25,395 bases of DNA from a virus. Taxonomy: Duplodnaviria; Caudoviricetes. This document shows positions 16,589-24,074 of the stretch, piece after piece. Positions within the stretch are counted from its first letter, which is position 1. The number at the start of each line of letters is the position of its first letter. The stretch spans positions 1 through 25,395 of the IMG/VR virus record IMGVR_UViG_3300020181_000030; one strand, given 5' to 3'. The notes below the pieces were generated by a model. That model searched no databases. It had not been told where the DNA came from and worked only from the letters and a program-made list of their open reading frames with translations. The position numbers and the translations under genes were made by a program.

Positions 16589-16996
16589 GTGATCCGTCGC
16601 CTACTGACCTTCGCCGCCGGCGAACCGCTCCTCGTGACAAAGGTGCTCGGCTCGCTCCTCACCGTCGCCGCGCTGTTCGGGATCGGCGACGAAATCGACG
16701 ACGCCGCCCGGAACGCCCTCGTCGGCCTCGTGATCGCCGGCCTCGCGTTCTACGCCGCCGTCGTGCGTTCGGCCGTCGTGTCGGCGCCGACTCTCGCTCA
16801 GAAAGTCGAGGAGGCCGCCGAGGCGACCGCGGCGGCCGTCACGACCGGCACGGCCGGCGCCGCCGGGACCGTCACCGCCGGCGGCCGGCAAGTCGTCGCG
16901 GAGGTCGTCGAGGGCGTCGTCGGGACCGTGGGCGGGATCGCCGGCGGCGTCGCGAACGCGGTCGTCGGGGCGACGAACCCTCCCGCCGAGCGGTAA
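16589..16996 (+). CDS. Holin-like two-TM protein
   Basis: AGGAGG RBS; EP-led TM1 and TM2 followed by VRSAVVS, typical of actinophage holins. Confidence 0.68.
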   Translation: MIRRLLTFAAGEPLLVTKVLGSLLTVAALFGIGDEIDDAARNALVGLVIAGLAFYAAVVRSAVVSAPTLAQKVEEAAEATAAAVTTGTAGAAGTVTAGGRQVVAEVVEGVVGTVGGIAGGVANAVVGATNPPAER

Positions 16997-17012
16997 GCTC
17001 GCCGCTTACCGC
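16990..17012 (+). terminator. Stem-loop at the end of the lysis cassette (no U tail)
   Basis: GCGGTAAGC-tcgcc-GCTTACCGC, a 9-bp perfect stem spanning the stop codon. Confidence 0.4.
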
Positions 17013-17047
17013 CGGGCAGGCCGGCGAACACTGGGGGAGGTTCCCGA

Positions 17048-17362
17048 ATGGCACGACGCACTCTCGCCGCCGTTGGCGCGGCGCTCATGCTCACGCTCGG
17101 AGCCGGGCCGGCGCTCGCCGACCACGACTACGGCGGCGACCGCTACGGGTACGAGGACCGGCGAGGCGACCGGGACCGGAACCGCGGGGGCGGCGAATGC
17201 CGCGACGCCGAGGGGAATTGCTCCGACGACGATTTCTCGCCCCGGTTCGACGACTCGCCCGTCGACCGGTCGTTTAACCCGACGATTTGCCTCCCGTTCG
17301 CCCGGTGCAACCCGGGCGAGGGCGAGCAGGGCGCCGAGCCGGCGCCGGCGCCCGGCTCCTAA
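17048..17362 (+). CDS. Small secreted protein with signal peptide and four Cys
   Basis: GGGGGAGG RBS; MARRTLAAVGAALMLTLGAGPALA|DHDY signal peptide; D/R/G-rich mature part. Confidence 0.75.
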   Translation: MARRTLAAVGAALMLTLGAGPALADHDYGGDRYGYEDRRGDRDRNRGGGECRDAEGNCSDDDFSPRFDDSPVDRSFNPTICLPFARCNPGEGEQGAEPAPAPGS

Positions 17363-17667
17363 AGCTCGACGCGGCCCGTCGTCTCCGCTATCTCCGACCG
17401 GAGCCGGCGGAGGCGACGGCCTAGCTCCTGCAATTCGAGGCCGAGTTCGCACGAGGCGGGTAGCTGGTCGATCGGAGCGCCGGGCGCCTCGGGCCGCTCC
17501 CGCTGGTCGAGCACGAGGCCGAGACGCCGGCGAAGCTCCTCGAACGCCTCCTCGGCTCCCCGGAGGGCCGCCGACGCCTCTTTCACGGCGGCCGTGATCG
17601 GCCCGGGCGGCCGCTCGACTTTGATCGCCTCGCCCGGGTAGTACGCCGCCGACTGTTCGTAGCTCAC
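17359..17667 (-). CDS. Hypothetical helical-hairpin/coiled-coil protein
   Basis: GGAGGG RBS, GTGA overlap with the upstream minus-strand gene, converges on the 17048 gene. Confidence 0.7.
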   Translation of the reverse strand: MSYEQSAAYYPGEAIKVERPPGPITAAVKEASAALRGAEEAFEELRRRLGLVLDQRERPEAPGAPIDQLPASCELGLELQELGRRLRRLRSEIAETTGRVEL

Positions 17668-17855
17668 TGGTCGCCCTCCGTCAGTAGCTCGCCGAGGCCG
17701 GCCGCCTCATAGCAGGGCCGGCAACGGGCGTGCGGGTATCGGTGCCTTGGCGCGGCGACAACCCAGCAAACCGGGAGAGGCTTTTTCACGCCGCATAGGG
17801 ATTTCCGGTCGCCCGGCTCGGCGATTAGGTGGCTCGGCCGCCGATCGTCGCTCAC
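17664..17855 (-). CDS. Small putative zinc-finger protein (H...LCG...CRPC)
   Basis: GAGG upstream of GTG; H/C/CxxC pattern; lower-GC codon usage than neighbours. Confidence 0.62.
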   Translation of the reverse strand: MSDDRRPSHLIAEPGDRKSLCGVKKPLPVCWVVAAPRHRYPHARCRPCYEAAGLGELLTEGDQ

Positions 17856-17934
17856 GCCTCACGCTCCGCTGTTAGCTGTCTCAGGTACCCCGTAGACTTA
17901 CCACGACGGACGGGCGAGCGGAGGGATAGGAGCT
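17856..17934. promoter_or_regulatory. Divergent promoter region
   Basis: Comparatively AT-rich gap between divergent genes; TAGACT at 17893-17898; AGGAG RBS before ATG 17935. Confidence 0.5.
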
Positions 17935-18837
17935 ATGGGCGTCACAACGGAGCAACGGCCGGGCGGCGAGGTACGGATCGAGACGGGCCGAGGGATCGTT
18001 ACCGAGGTCGACGGACCCGGGAACCGAAACCGGCAAGTCAAGTTCAAAGCGACGCACGCCGACCTCCGCGACCCGGTAACCGGGTGGCTCGACACTCAGT
18101 CGGCGCCGCCCGAAATGGTGGCGCTGGTCGAGCGGGCCGCGGCGGAGCGGTTCGAGGTCGCCTACCGGGTCGAGGTGAAACGAAAGGCGGGCGTCGACCC
18201 GGGGCCGTCGATCGCCGACCTCGCGAAGCGCGACAAGGTGCGCGACCTCGTGCTCGTGGCGCCCTCCGCGGAGGCGGCCGTCGCGTCGACGCCTCCGCAA
18301 TCCTCGGAGCCGGCTCAGGCGCCTGCCTCCGGGGCGGCGCCGGCCGACCCCGGCTCCGAACCCGGCGAGGCGGATCGAGGGCCGGAAAACGGCGCACAAC
18401 GGCCGGGCGGCCGGATCGCCGAGGGGAAGGCGTGGGAGGAACACAACTCGGACGGCTCCCCGAACGTCGGGTCGTGGCACGTGCTGGCCGCCGCCGGAAT
18501 GGTCGACCTCGCCGTCGAGCTACTCACGGCGCACGCCGCGACCCTCGAAGCGGCCGGCGAACCGTTCGAGTTCCCGCCTCCGCCGGCGAAGGTAAAGAAC
18601 CTCGCCCGGACCCTCCTCGGGATCGCCGACCGGGTACAGGCCGCCGCCCGCACCGACGGGCACTACGCCCGAGGCGACTCGTCGCACACGAGGGCGCGCG
18701 GATGCGTCCGGACGGCGCTCGCCCTCTACCCGGTGCCGTTCGGCGCCGAGCCGGCCGAGCGGGAGGCGTGGGCCGAGGCGCTCACGGCCTACGCGTCGGC
18801 GCTCCTGCAAATCTCCGTAGGACTCGCCTACTCGTGA
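17935..18837 (+). CDS. Hypothetical two-domain early protein (beta-rich, possibly OB-fold N-terminus; helical C-terminus)
   Basis: Good RBS; 300 aa with a Pro/Ala linker; first gene of the rightward early arm. Confidence 0.72.
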   Translation: MGVTTEQRPGGEVRIETGRGIVTEVDGPGNRNRQVKFKATHADLRDPVTGWLDTQSAPPEMVALVERAAAERFEVAYRVEVKRKAGVDPGPSIADLAKRDKVRDLVLVAPSAEAAVASTPPQSSEPAQAPASGAAPADPGSEPGEADRGPENGAQRPGGRIAEGKAWEEHNSDGSPNVGSWHVLAAAGMVDLAVELLTAHAATLEAAGEPFEFPPPPAKVKNLARTLLGIADRVQAAARTDGHYARGDSSHTRARGCVRTALALYPVPFGAEPAEREAWAEALTAYASALLQISVGLAYS

Positions 18838-19085
18838 CGGAACCGGACGCCGCCCGCCGGGTGCTCGCCGCCTCGCTCATGTTCGAGGGCGGGTTCGACG
18901 ACCTCGACGTCGCCGAGTTCCGGGCGCTCGTCGAGCGGGTGCTCGCCCGCCTCGATTGGGCCGGGTGGGAGCTACGCACGAAAGGCGACCGGCTCCTCGG
19001 CGAACTCCGGGCTATGGGCGTCCCGATCGACGAGCTACTCGCCGGCGACCCGGCCTACTGCCATTCGGAGCCGGCCGACGCCTAG
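18834..19085 (+). CDS. Hypothetical protein (83 aa)
   Basis: GTGA overlap; MTEPDAARRVLAASLMFEGG...; GC3-rich. Confidence 0.7.
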   Translation: MTEPDAARRVLAASLMFEGGFDDLDVAEFRALVERVLARLDWAGWELRTKGDRLLGELRAMGVPIDELLAGDPAYCHSEPADA

Positions 19086-19129
19086 AAAGCGATCGGCCCG
19101 GCTCCCCGCGCCACGCGGAGCCGGGCCGA
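19086..19129 (-). terminator. Intrinsic terminator-like hairpin; weak U-tract on the minus strand, possibly bidirectional
   Basis: 13-bp stem TCGGCCCGGCTCC (19093-19105) / GGAGCCGGGCCGA (19117-19129); the minus strand continues TCGCTTTCT. Confidence 0.55.
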
Positions 19130-19462
19130 CGCCCATGTACGAGGCTCACGACCTCGATAGCCATTGTGACCGGTCACCGGGGCGCTTACCAGTCACCCCG
19201 GCCCGACGACCCGAAAAAGATTCCGCCGGCGTTTCCCGTGTAAGGCCGACCCTTACACTCGCCGGCTACCGGACGGGTTACCGGGCGCCCGGCTCAGGCC
19301 GGCCGGCGGCGCACCTCCCCGCCCGCCGCCGGCCGGCTCCGACTGGTCACCGGAAAGCTACCGCGCGGCCCCGCGCGAATGGTAGAAAAGCGACCGCCCC
19401 CGGGCCGGCGAACCCGAGGGCGATCTACGAACCGTCACTCGCTTACCCGAGGAGGTCGTCTC
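19130..19462. ncRNA. Highly structured intergenic region, candidate regulatory RNA or leader of the replication operon
   Basis: Several long stems (19225-19266, 19298-19337, 19396-19422), a palindrome at 19166-19177 and no convincing ORF. Confidence 0.4.
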
Positions 19463-20260
19463 GTGGGCGACGATATCACCGCCGCCGGCCGTGTAGCGGC
19501 GACCCGGTTCGCGATCGTCCCCGAATGGCTCCTCGACGCCGAGGTCGACGACCGGGCGATACGTCTCTACGCGATCCTCCGTCGCTATGCCGACCGGGAG
19601 GGCCGCGCTCACCCGGGCCGGCGCCGTCTCGCCGAGCGGCTCCGCTGTTCCGAGTCGACGCTCGACCGAACGATCCGGCAACTCGTGGCCGCCGGCGCCG
19701 TCGTCGTGCGTCCTCGATACGACGAGGCCGGCGATCGGACCTCGAACGACTACCTCCTCGCCGACCGGCCGCCGGCACCGGTGACTACGGGTGGCGTCAC
19801 GGATGACGCCTCGGGTGGCGTCGTCGACGCGGCCTCGGGTGGCGTCACCGACGACGAGGCAGGGGAACGGATAGCCACTAGGAACGAAAGCCATTTTGAA
19901 CGAAAGAGTGCGCCGCCGTCACCGGCGACGCCCTCACCGGTGAACGGCCGAGCGCGCGATCTCGTGTGGGAGGCAATGCTCGACGCTTGCGCGATCGACC
20001 CGGCCTCGATCACGCCGGCGGCCCGGAAGGCTTACAACCGGGCGCGGCAGGAGCTACGCGCCGCCGGCGCCGAGCCGGCCGACGTTCATCTCCGGGCACG
20101 GAACTACCGGCACCGGTTCCGAGACGTCGCCCTCACCCCGACGGCGCTCGCCCGGCATTGGGCCGAGTGCGCGACCGTGGGGCCGGCGCGGCTCGGCCGT
20201 GGCACGACGTCGACGGCGCTAACGATGCTCGAACGGATGCGACAGGAGGGCGACGAATGA
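19463..20260 (+). CDS. HTH replication initiator (lambda O/DnaD-like architecture)
   Basis: GGAGGT RBS and GTG at 19463; FAIVPEWLLD...LYAILRRYAD...HPGRRRLAERLRCSESTLDRTIRQLVAAG...TSNDY winged HTH; internal iterons. Confidence 0.85.
   Translation: MGDDITAAGRVAATRFAIVPEWLLDAEVDDRAIRLYAILRRYADREGRAHPGRRRLAERLRCSESTLDRTIRQLVAAGAVVVRPRYDEAGDRTSNDYLLADRPPAPVTTGGVTDDASGGVVDAASGGVTDDEAGERIATRNESHFERKSAPPSPATPSPVNGRARDLVWEAMLDACAIDPASITPAARKAYNRARQELRAAGAEPADVHLRARNYRHRFRDVALTPTALARHWAECATVGPARLGRGTTSTALTMLERMRQEGDE
19788..19910 (+). repeat. Putative replication origin: three iterons with 24-bp period plus an A-rich repeat tract
   Basis: CGGGTGGCGTC at 19788, 19812 and 19836, followed by GAACGGATAGCCA / GAACGAAAGCCATTTT / GAACGAAAGAG. 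Confidence 0.72.
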
Positions 20261-20739
20261 ACCGAGACGAGGCCGTCACCGTTTGGGCGCTGCTCGGCGC
20301 CGCCGCGAGCGGGCGGGAACTCTCCGAGGGCGACCTCGAACTCCGAGCCGAGCTAATCGTCGACCTCGACGCCGCCGTCGCTCGGCGAGTCGCCGTCGAC
20401 CTCGCCCGCACGTGCCGGTTCGTGCCGTCCGTCGGCGAGTTCCGCGACGCCGTGCTCGCCGCTACCGAGGGGCCGGCGCTCACGCCCGCCGACGTGATCG
20501 CCGAGCTTTTCGACGCCGTGCGCCGGCGCGGGTGGATCGACCCGCCCGGCCCGGGCGACCTCTCGCCGGCGGCCGCCCGGGCGCTCGAAGCTATGGGCGG
20601 GTGGATGACGTTTTGCGAGGGCGACGAAATGGTGAACCGGGCGCACCTCGTGAAACTGATTCCGCCGCTCCTCGGCCGGCCCGAGGCTCCTCGACGCCCG
20701 GCCGTCGAGGCCGCGCCGGCGCCGGAACTCGACGGGTGA
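20257..20739 (+). CDS. Replicative helicase loader/inhibitor, SPP1 G39P-like
   Basis: ATGA overlap with the initiator and AGGAGG RBS; MNRDEAV...L.DLD...RFVPSVGEFR motif. Confidence 0.72.
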   Translation: MNRDEAVTVWALLGAAASGRELSEGDLELRAELIVDLDAAVARRVAVDLARTCRFVPSVGEFRDAVLAATEGPALTPADVIAELFDAVRRRGWIDPPGPGDLSPAAARALEAMGGWMTFCEGDEMVNRAHLVKLIPPLLGRPEAPRRPAVEAAPAPELDG

Positions 20740-21218
20740 CCCGTTCGTCTCAGGAGCCGGCCGAGGCCGTCTCGGCGTTCCGGGTGGCCGTCTCGTGGAA
20801 TCAGGGCGGCCGGTCGTTTACCCGGTGGGTCGACGTGCCGGCCGATCAGCTAGGGGCGTGGGCGGCGTGGCGGGCGACGTGCCGGGAACCTCACGCCTAC
20901 TCGCGAGGCGCCCGAGGCGCCGTCGCCGGCGTCACCGTCGAGCTAATCGAATGGCGGGACGGCCGCTCACACGTCCGCGCCCGGTTTCCCGGCCCCGAGC
21001 CGACCGAGGAGGGCGGGAATCCGCCGCTCGTGTCGCCGGCGCGGATACGGTCGACGATCGAGGCGCTCGGCCGGCAGAAGGTCGGCGACGACGCCGATCC
21101 GTGCGACGCCGGGTGCGGCCGGGAGGCGACGAATTACGACCCGACGGGCCGGCCGTGGTGCGACGAACACCGCGACGGGCGGATCGTCCTCGAACCGGAA
21201 CAGGGGGAGATGTTGTGA
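20736..21218 (+). CDS. Hypothetical protein with C-terminal CxxxC...CxxH zinc finger
   Basis: GTGA overlap; CDAGCG...WCDEH. Confidence 0.62.
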   Translation: MTRSSQEPAEAVSAFRVAVSWNQGGRSFTRWVDVPADQLGAWAAWRATCREPHAYSRGARGAVAGVTVELIEWRDGRSHVRARFPGPEPTEEGGNPPLVSPARIRSTIEALGRQKVGDDADPCDAGCGREATNYDPTGRPWCDEHRDGRIVLEPEQGEML

Positions 21219-21394
21219 TCGCTGTTCGGGAGGTGCAACCGATCGAGGCGAACGGCGTCGTGTACGTCGAGGTCGACGTCGGGACGGCCGTAATGGGGAA
21301 GGATCGAGGCGGCCGGAAGGTCGTCCGGTTCACCCGAGGCGAGGCCGCCGAACTCGCCGAGCGCCTCGCCGAGTACGTCGAGCGGTACCGGTGA
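21215..21394 (+). CDS. Small hypothetical protein (59 aa)
   Basis: GGGGGAG RBS and GTGA overlaps at both ends; FTRGEAAELAERL. Confidence 0.65.
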   Translation: MIAVREVQPIEANGVVYVEVDVGTAVMGKDRGGRKVVRFTRGEAAELAERLAEYVERYR

Positions 21395-21768
21395 AAGATC
21401 ACCCGAGTCTGTTCGACGAACCCGAACGCCGGCCGGCGCTCAAACCGGCTCGTGTGTTCGTGCGCCGAGACGCCGAGCCGACCTCGGCGGCCGCCGCGAT
21501 CCGAGCATTACGCCGGGCCGACTCCGATAAGCGGCGCGTCGCCTATGCCGTGCTCGCTACCGGCGAGGTCGGCCGCACGTGCGACGAGCTAGAGGTCGAA
21601 CTCGGCCTCGCCCATCAATCGGCGTCGGCCCGGGTCCGCGACCTCCGAGGCGAGGGCGTCCTAGAGGATTCCGGCCGCCGCCGGCCGACCCGGACCGGCA
21701 CGCCGGCGATCGTGCTCGTCGTCACCGCCGAGGCTCGCCGGCTCCTCGGAGCGGAGGTCGACGCGTGA
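21391..21768 (+). CDS. Winged-HTH DNA-binding protein
   Basis: TCDELEVELGLAHQSASARVRDLRGEGVLEDSGRRRPTRTG. Confidence 0.8.
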   Translation: MKDHPSLFDEPERRPALKPARVFVRRDAEPTSAAAAIRALRRADSDKRRVAYAVLATGEVGRTCDELEVELGLAHQSASARVRDLRGEGVLEDSGRRRPTRTGTPAIVLVVTAEARRLLGAEVDA

Positions 21769-22016
21769 TCCGGACCCGGTGCCGGGATTGCCCGGCCGAG
21801 ATTGTGTGGGCACGGACCCCGTTCGGTAAGGCAATGCCGGTCGACGCCGACCCTCACCCCGACGGGAACGTGCGCCTCGTCGAGCAACCCGGCGCGGCCC
21901 CGTCGGCGATCACGCTCCGACTCGACGACCTCCGCGCCGTGCGGGCGGCCGGCGACCCTCTCTACCGATCACACTTCGCTACCTGCCCGAACGCCGCCGC
22001 CCGCCGGCGGCGCTGA
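21765..22016 (+). CDS. Zinc-finger phage protein (CxxC...HxxxC)
   Basis: GGAGG RBS; CRDCPAEIVW...GKAMPVD...SHFATCP. Confidence 0.78.
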   Translation: MIRTRCRDCPAEIVWARTPFGKAMPVDADPHPDGNVRLVEQPGAAPSAITLRLDDLRAVRAAGDPLYRSHFATCPNAAARRRR

Positions 22017-22035
22017 TCCCCGAAAGGCTCCCCTA

Positions 22036-22437
22036 ATGCCGCTCGAACGCTACGAAAAGCGCGACGTCGTGGCCGCCGCCGTGAAAATCACCCGGGCCGG
22101 TGACGGCCTCTCCGACGCTATGGAACTCGCCCCGGAACTCCTGCACTACGGCGAGACGGTCTATTTCGTGCTCCGGTGCGAGGTCGCTCAGATCGGCTAC
22201 AAACCTCTCCCGAAAGGGAACGGCGCCCTCGTGCGCGTGCACACGGCCGAGGCTCGGGAAATCGCCCGGGTCGCCGAGGCCGACGTCGCCGCCCTCCTCG
22301 ACGCCGAGGCCGAACGGATCGAAGGGCTACGCCGAGCCGAGCAGGAGCGCGCCGACCGGGCCGAGGAGGAACGCCTCGCCGCCGAGGAGGCCGCCGCCGG
22401 CGTGCAACGCCTCCCGGTAGGTAAGTCGGCGCCGTGA
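22036..22437 (+). CDS. Hypothetical actinophage protein
   Basis: GAAAGG RBS and ATG at 22036; KITRAGDGLSDAM...GETVYFVL; charged helical tail. Confidence 0.75.
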   Translation: MPLERYEKRDVVAAAVKITRAGDGLSDAMELAPELLHYGETVYFVLRCEVAQIGYKPLPKGNGALVRVHTAEAREIARVAEADVAALLDAEAERIEGLRRAEQERADRAEEERLAAEEAAAGVQRLPVGKSAP

Positions 22438-22796
22438 CACTCACGAACCGGAACGCCGTCGTCGCTCATCTCGGCCGGGCGTGTGACCTCCTCGGCGAAG
22501 CTCACGCCGCCGCCGGCGAGACGGAGGGCGATCGGGTCGACCTCACCGGCTCCGTCCGCGACGCGATCTACGGACTTAACACGGCGATCGACGCCCTCGC
22601 GCATCTCGTGATCGAGGGCGAGGAGCCGAGTCTCGGCCTCGCGACGACGCGGCAACTCCTCGAAGAACTCGCCGCCCGGTTCGAGCTGCTCGGCGAGACG
22701 CACGAGGAGGCCGACGCCCTCGGCGCCGTGCGGGCGTGCCTCGACTGGCTACCCGAGCGCGTGCTCGCCTACCGAACAGTCGACGACCTCGCATGA
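22434..22796 (+). CDS. Hypothetical helical protein
   Basis: GTGA and ATGA overlaps at both ends; GC3-rich. Confidence 0.7.
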   Translation: MTLTNRNAVVAHLGRACDLLGEAHAAAGETEGDRVDLTGSVRDAIYGLNTAIDALAHLVIEGEEPSLGLATTRQLLEELAARFELLGETHEEADALGAVRACLDWLPERVLAYRTVDDLA

Positions 22797-23332
22797 GCCG
22801 GCCGCCGGGCACGATCGGCGTCGACCCGGGCGGCCGGGAAACCGGCGTCGTGCTCCGGGTCGGCCGGGAGTGTGCCCGGGCCGTCGTCGTCGTCCGTGAA
22901 CTCGACGAGATGGGACCGTATCTCCGGGAGGTCGTCGACCTCCTCGCCGAGCTAGGCGCCGACCACCCGCCCGACGTGCGGCCGCTCGTGCTCGTCGAGG
23001 GAATCTCCCACCCGACCGGCCGGAACCTCGACGGGAAGGTCGCCCCGATCAACGTCGACGGGCTGATCGCCGCCGCTCAGGTAATCGGAGCGATTCTCGT
23101 GACGTTCCCGACGGCGCTGGTCGTGCCCCCGGGCCGACACGGCAAAGCGCCGCTGATCGCCTACCCGCCCGAGCTTCGAGGCGCCCGGGAAGTGAAAGGC
23201 GCCGGCCGACTCCGACACGCCCGCTCGGCGTGGGACGTGTCATTCGCCGCGATGCCGGCCGCCGTCCTCGCCGGCACCGGCCCGCGGTCGCCGGCCCGGA
23301 ACCGCGGGAATCACCGCGGCAAAACGCGGTAA
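22793..23332 (+). CDS. RuvC-like Holliday junction resolvase (RNase H fold)
   Basis: IGVDPGGRETGVV, VLVEG and C-terminal HARSAWD; located in the replication arm. Confidence 0.72.
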   Translation: MSRPPGTIGVDPGGRETGVVLRVGRECARAVVVVRELDEMGPYLREVVDLLAELGADHPPDVRPLVLVEGISHPTGRNLDGKVAPINVDGLIAAAQVIGAILVTFPTALVVPPGRHGKAPLIAYPPELRGAREVKGAGRLRHARSAWDVSFAAMPAAVLAGTGPRSPARNRGNHRGKTR

Positions 23333-23388
23333 TCCATCTCCCGCCGGCGGCGCCGAGGTAACCTCACCGGTGACCAAAGGGGGAGGCT

Positions 23389-23928
23389 ATGGCTAGGCAG
23401 GTCGCGGAACTCGTGCGGGAGCTACTCGACGTCGAGGCTCGGGCGGAGGCGCTCGACCAGCGGAGGAAAAAGCTCCGGGCCGAACTCGAAGTGATCGCCC
23501 GGGAGGAACACGAACGGTCGGGCGCGTGCCCCGGGTGGAAGGTCGCCGGCGCCGGCCGGGTGACGTGGTGTGAACGGCGAGGCCGGATCGTCGAGGCGGA
23601 ACCGGCGAAGTTCCTCCGGTGGGCCGAGAAACACCGGCCCGAGGCCGTCGTGAGTTCGGTCGCCGGGTGGCTCGTGAACGAACTAGGGACGGCCGGCGTC
23701 GTGACGCCCGACGGCCGCCTCGTCGACTCGAACGGCGTCGTCGTCGACGGCCTCGCGCTCACGCCGACGACTTACTACCTGTCGGCCCGGCTCGACTCGG
23801 AGGCGAAGCGCCGGGCCGCGGCCGAACTCGAACCGCCTCCGCCGGCCGACCTCGACGACGCCTCCGACCCGCCGACGTGGGCCGAGGATCGGACCGCGGC
23901 CGAGTTCCTCGCCGGCGACGTCTCGTGA
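23389..23928 (+). CDS. Gam/Gp157-like protein (putative host-nuclease inhibitor or DNA-end-binding protein)
   Basis: GGGGGAGG RBS; N-terminal coiled coil, FLRWAEKHRPEAV and VDSNGVVVDGL pattern. Confidence 0.55.
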   Translation: MARQVAELVRELLDVEARAEALDQRRKKLRAELEVIAREEHERSGACPGWKVAGAGRVTWCERRGRIVEAEPAKFLRWAEKHRPEAVVSSVAGWLVNELGTAGVVTPDGRLVDSNGVVVDGLALTPTTYYLSARLDSEAKRRAAAELEPPPPADLDDASDPPTWAEDRTAAEFLAGDVS

Positions 23929-24074
23929 TCCCCGGCGACAGGCACGTTCCCCGACGGGCGTTCCGGTGCCGGCGCCGGGTGGCCGCCGACCTCGTGGCCG
24001 AACTCCTATGGGCCGGGTTGCTCCTCGTGGGCGTCCTCGGCGTGCTGATCGCCCTCGGGTGGCTCGGATGGTAG
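23925..24074 (+). CDS. Small membrane protein (49 aa)
   Basis: GTGA overlap; basic N-terminus followed by one TM helix. Confidence 0.55.
   Translation: MIPGDRHVPRRAFRCRRRVAADLVAELLWAGLLLVGVLGVLIALGWLGW

Noticed and set aside
19086-19462. tRNA (including tRNA-Sec) or CRISPR mini-array in the intergenic region
   Set aside because: No cloverleaf with a T-loop GTTCRA motif was found on either strand, and there are no regularly spaced repeats with unique spacers.
19135-19806. 223-aa ORF spanning the intergenic region
   Set aside because: Low-complexity Arg/Pro translation, no RBS, and out-of-frame overlap with the initiator gene.
19788-19860. 24-bp repeats as a CRISPR array or simple protein repeat
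   Set aside because: The units are too short, there are only three copies, and they lie in the initiator linker next to an A-rich tract, so iterons explain them better.
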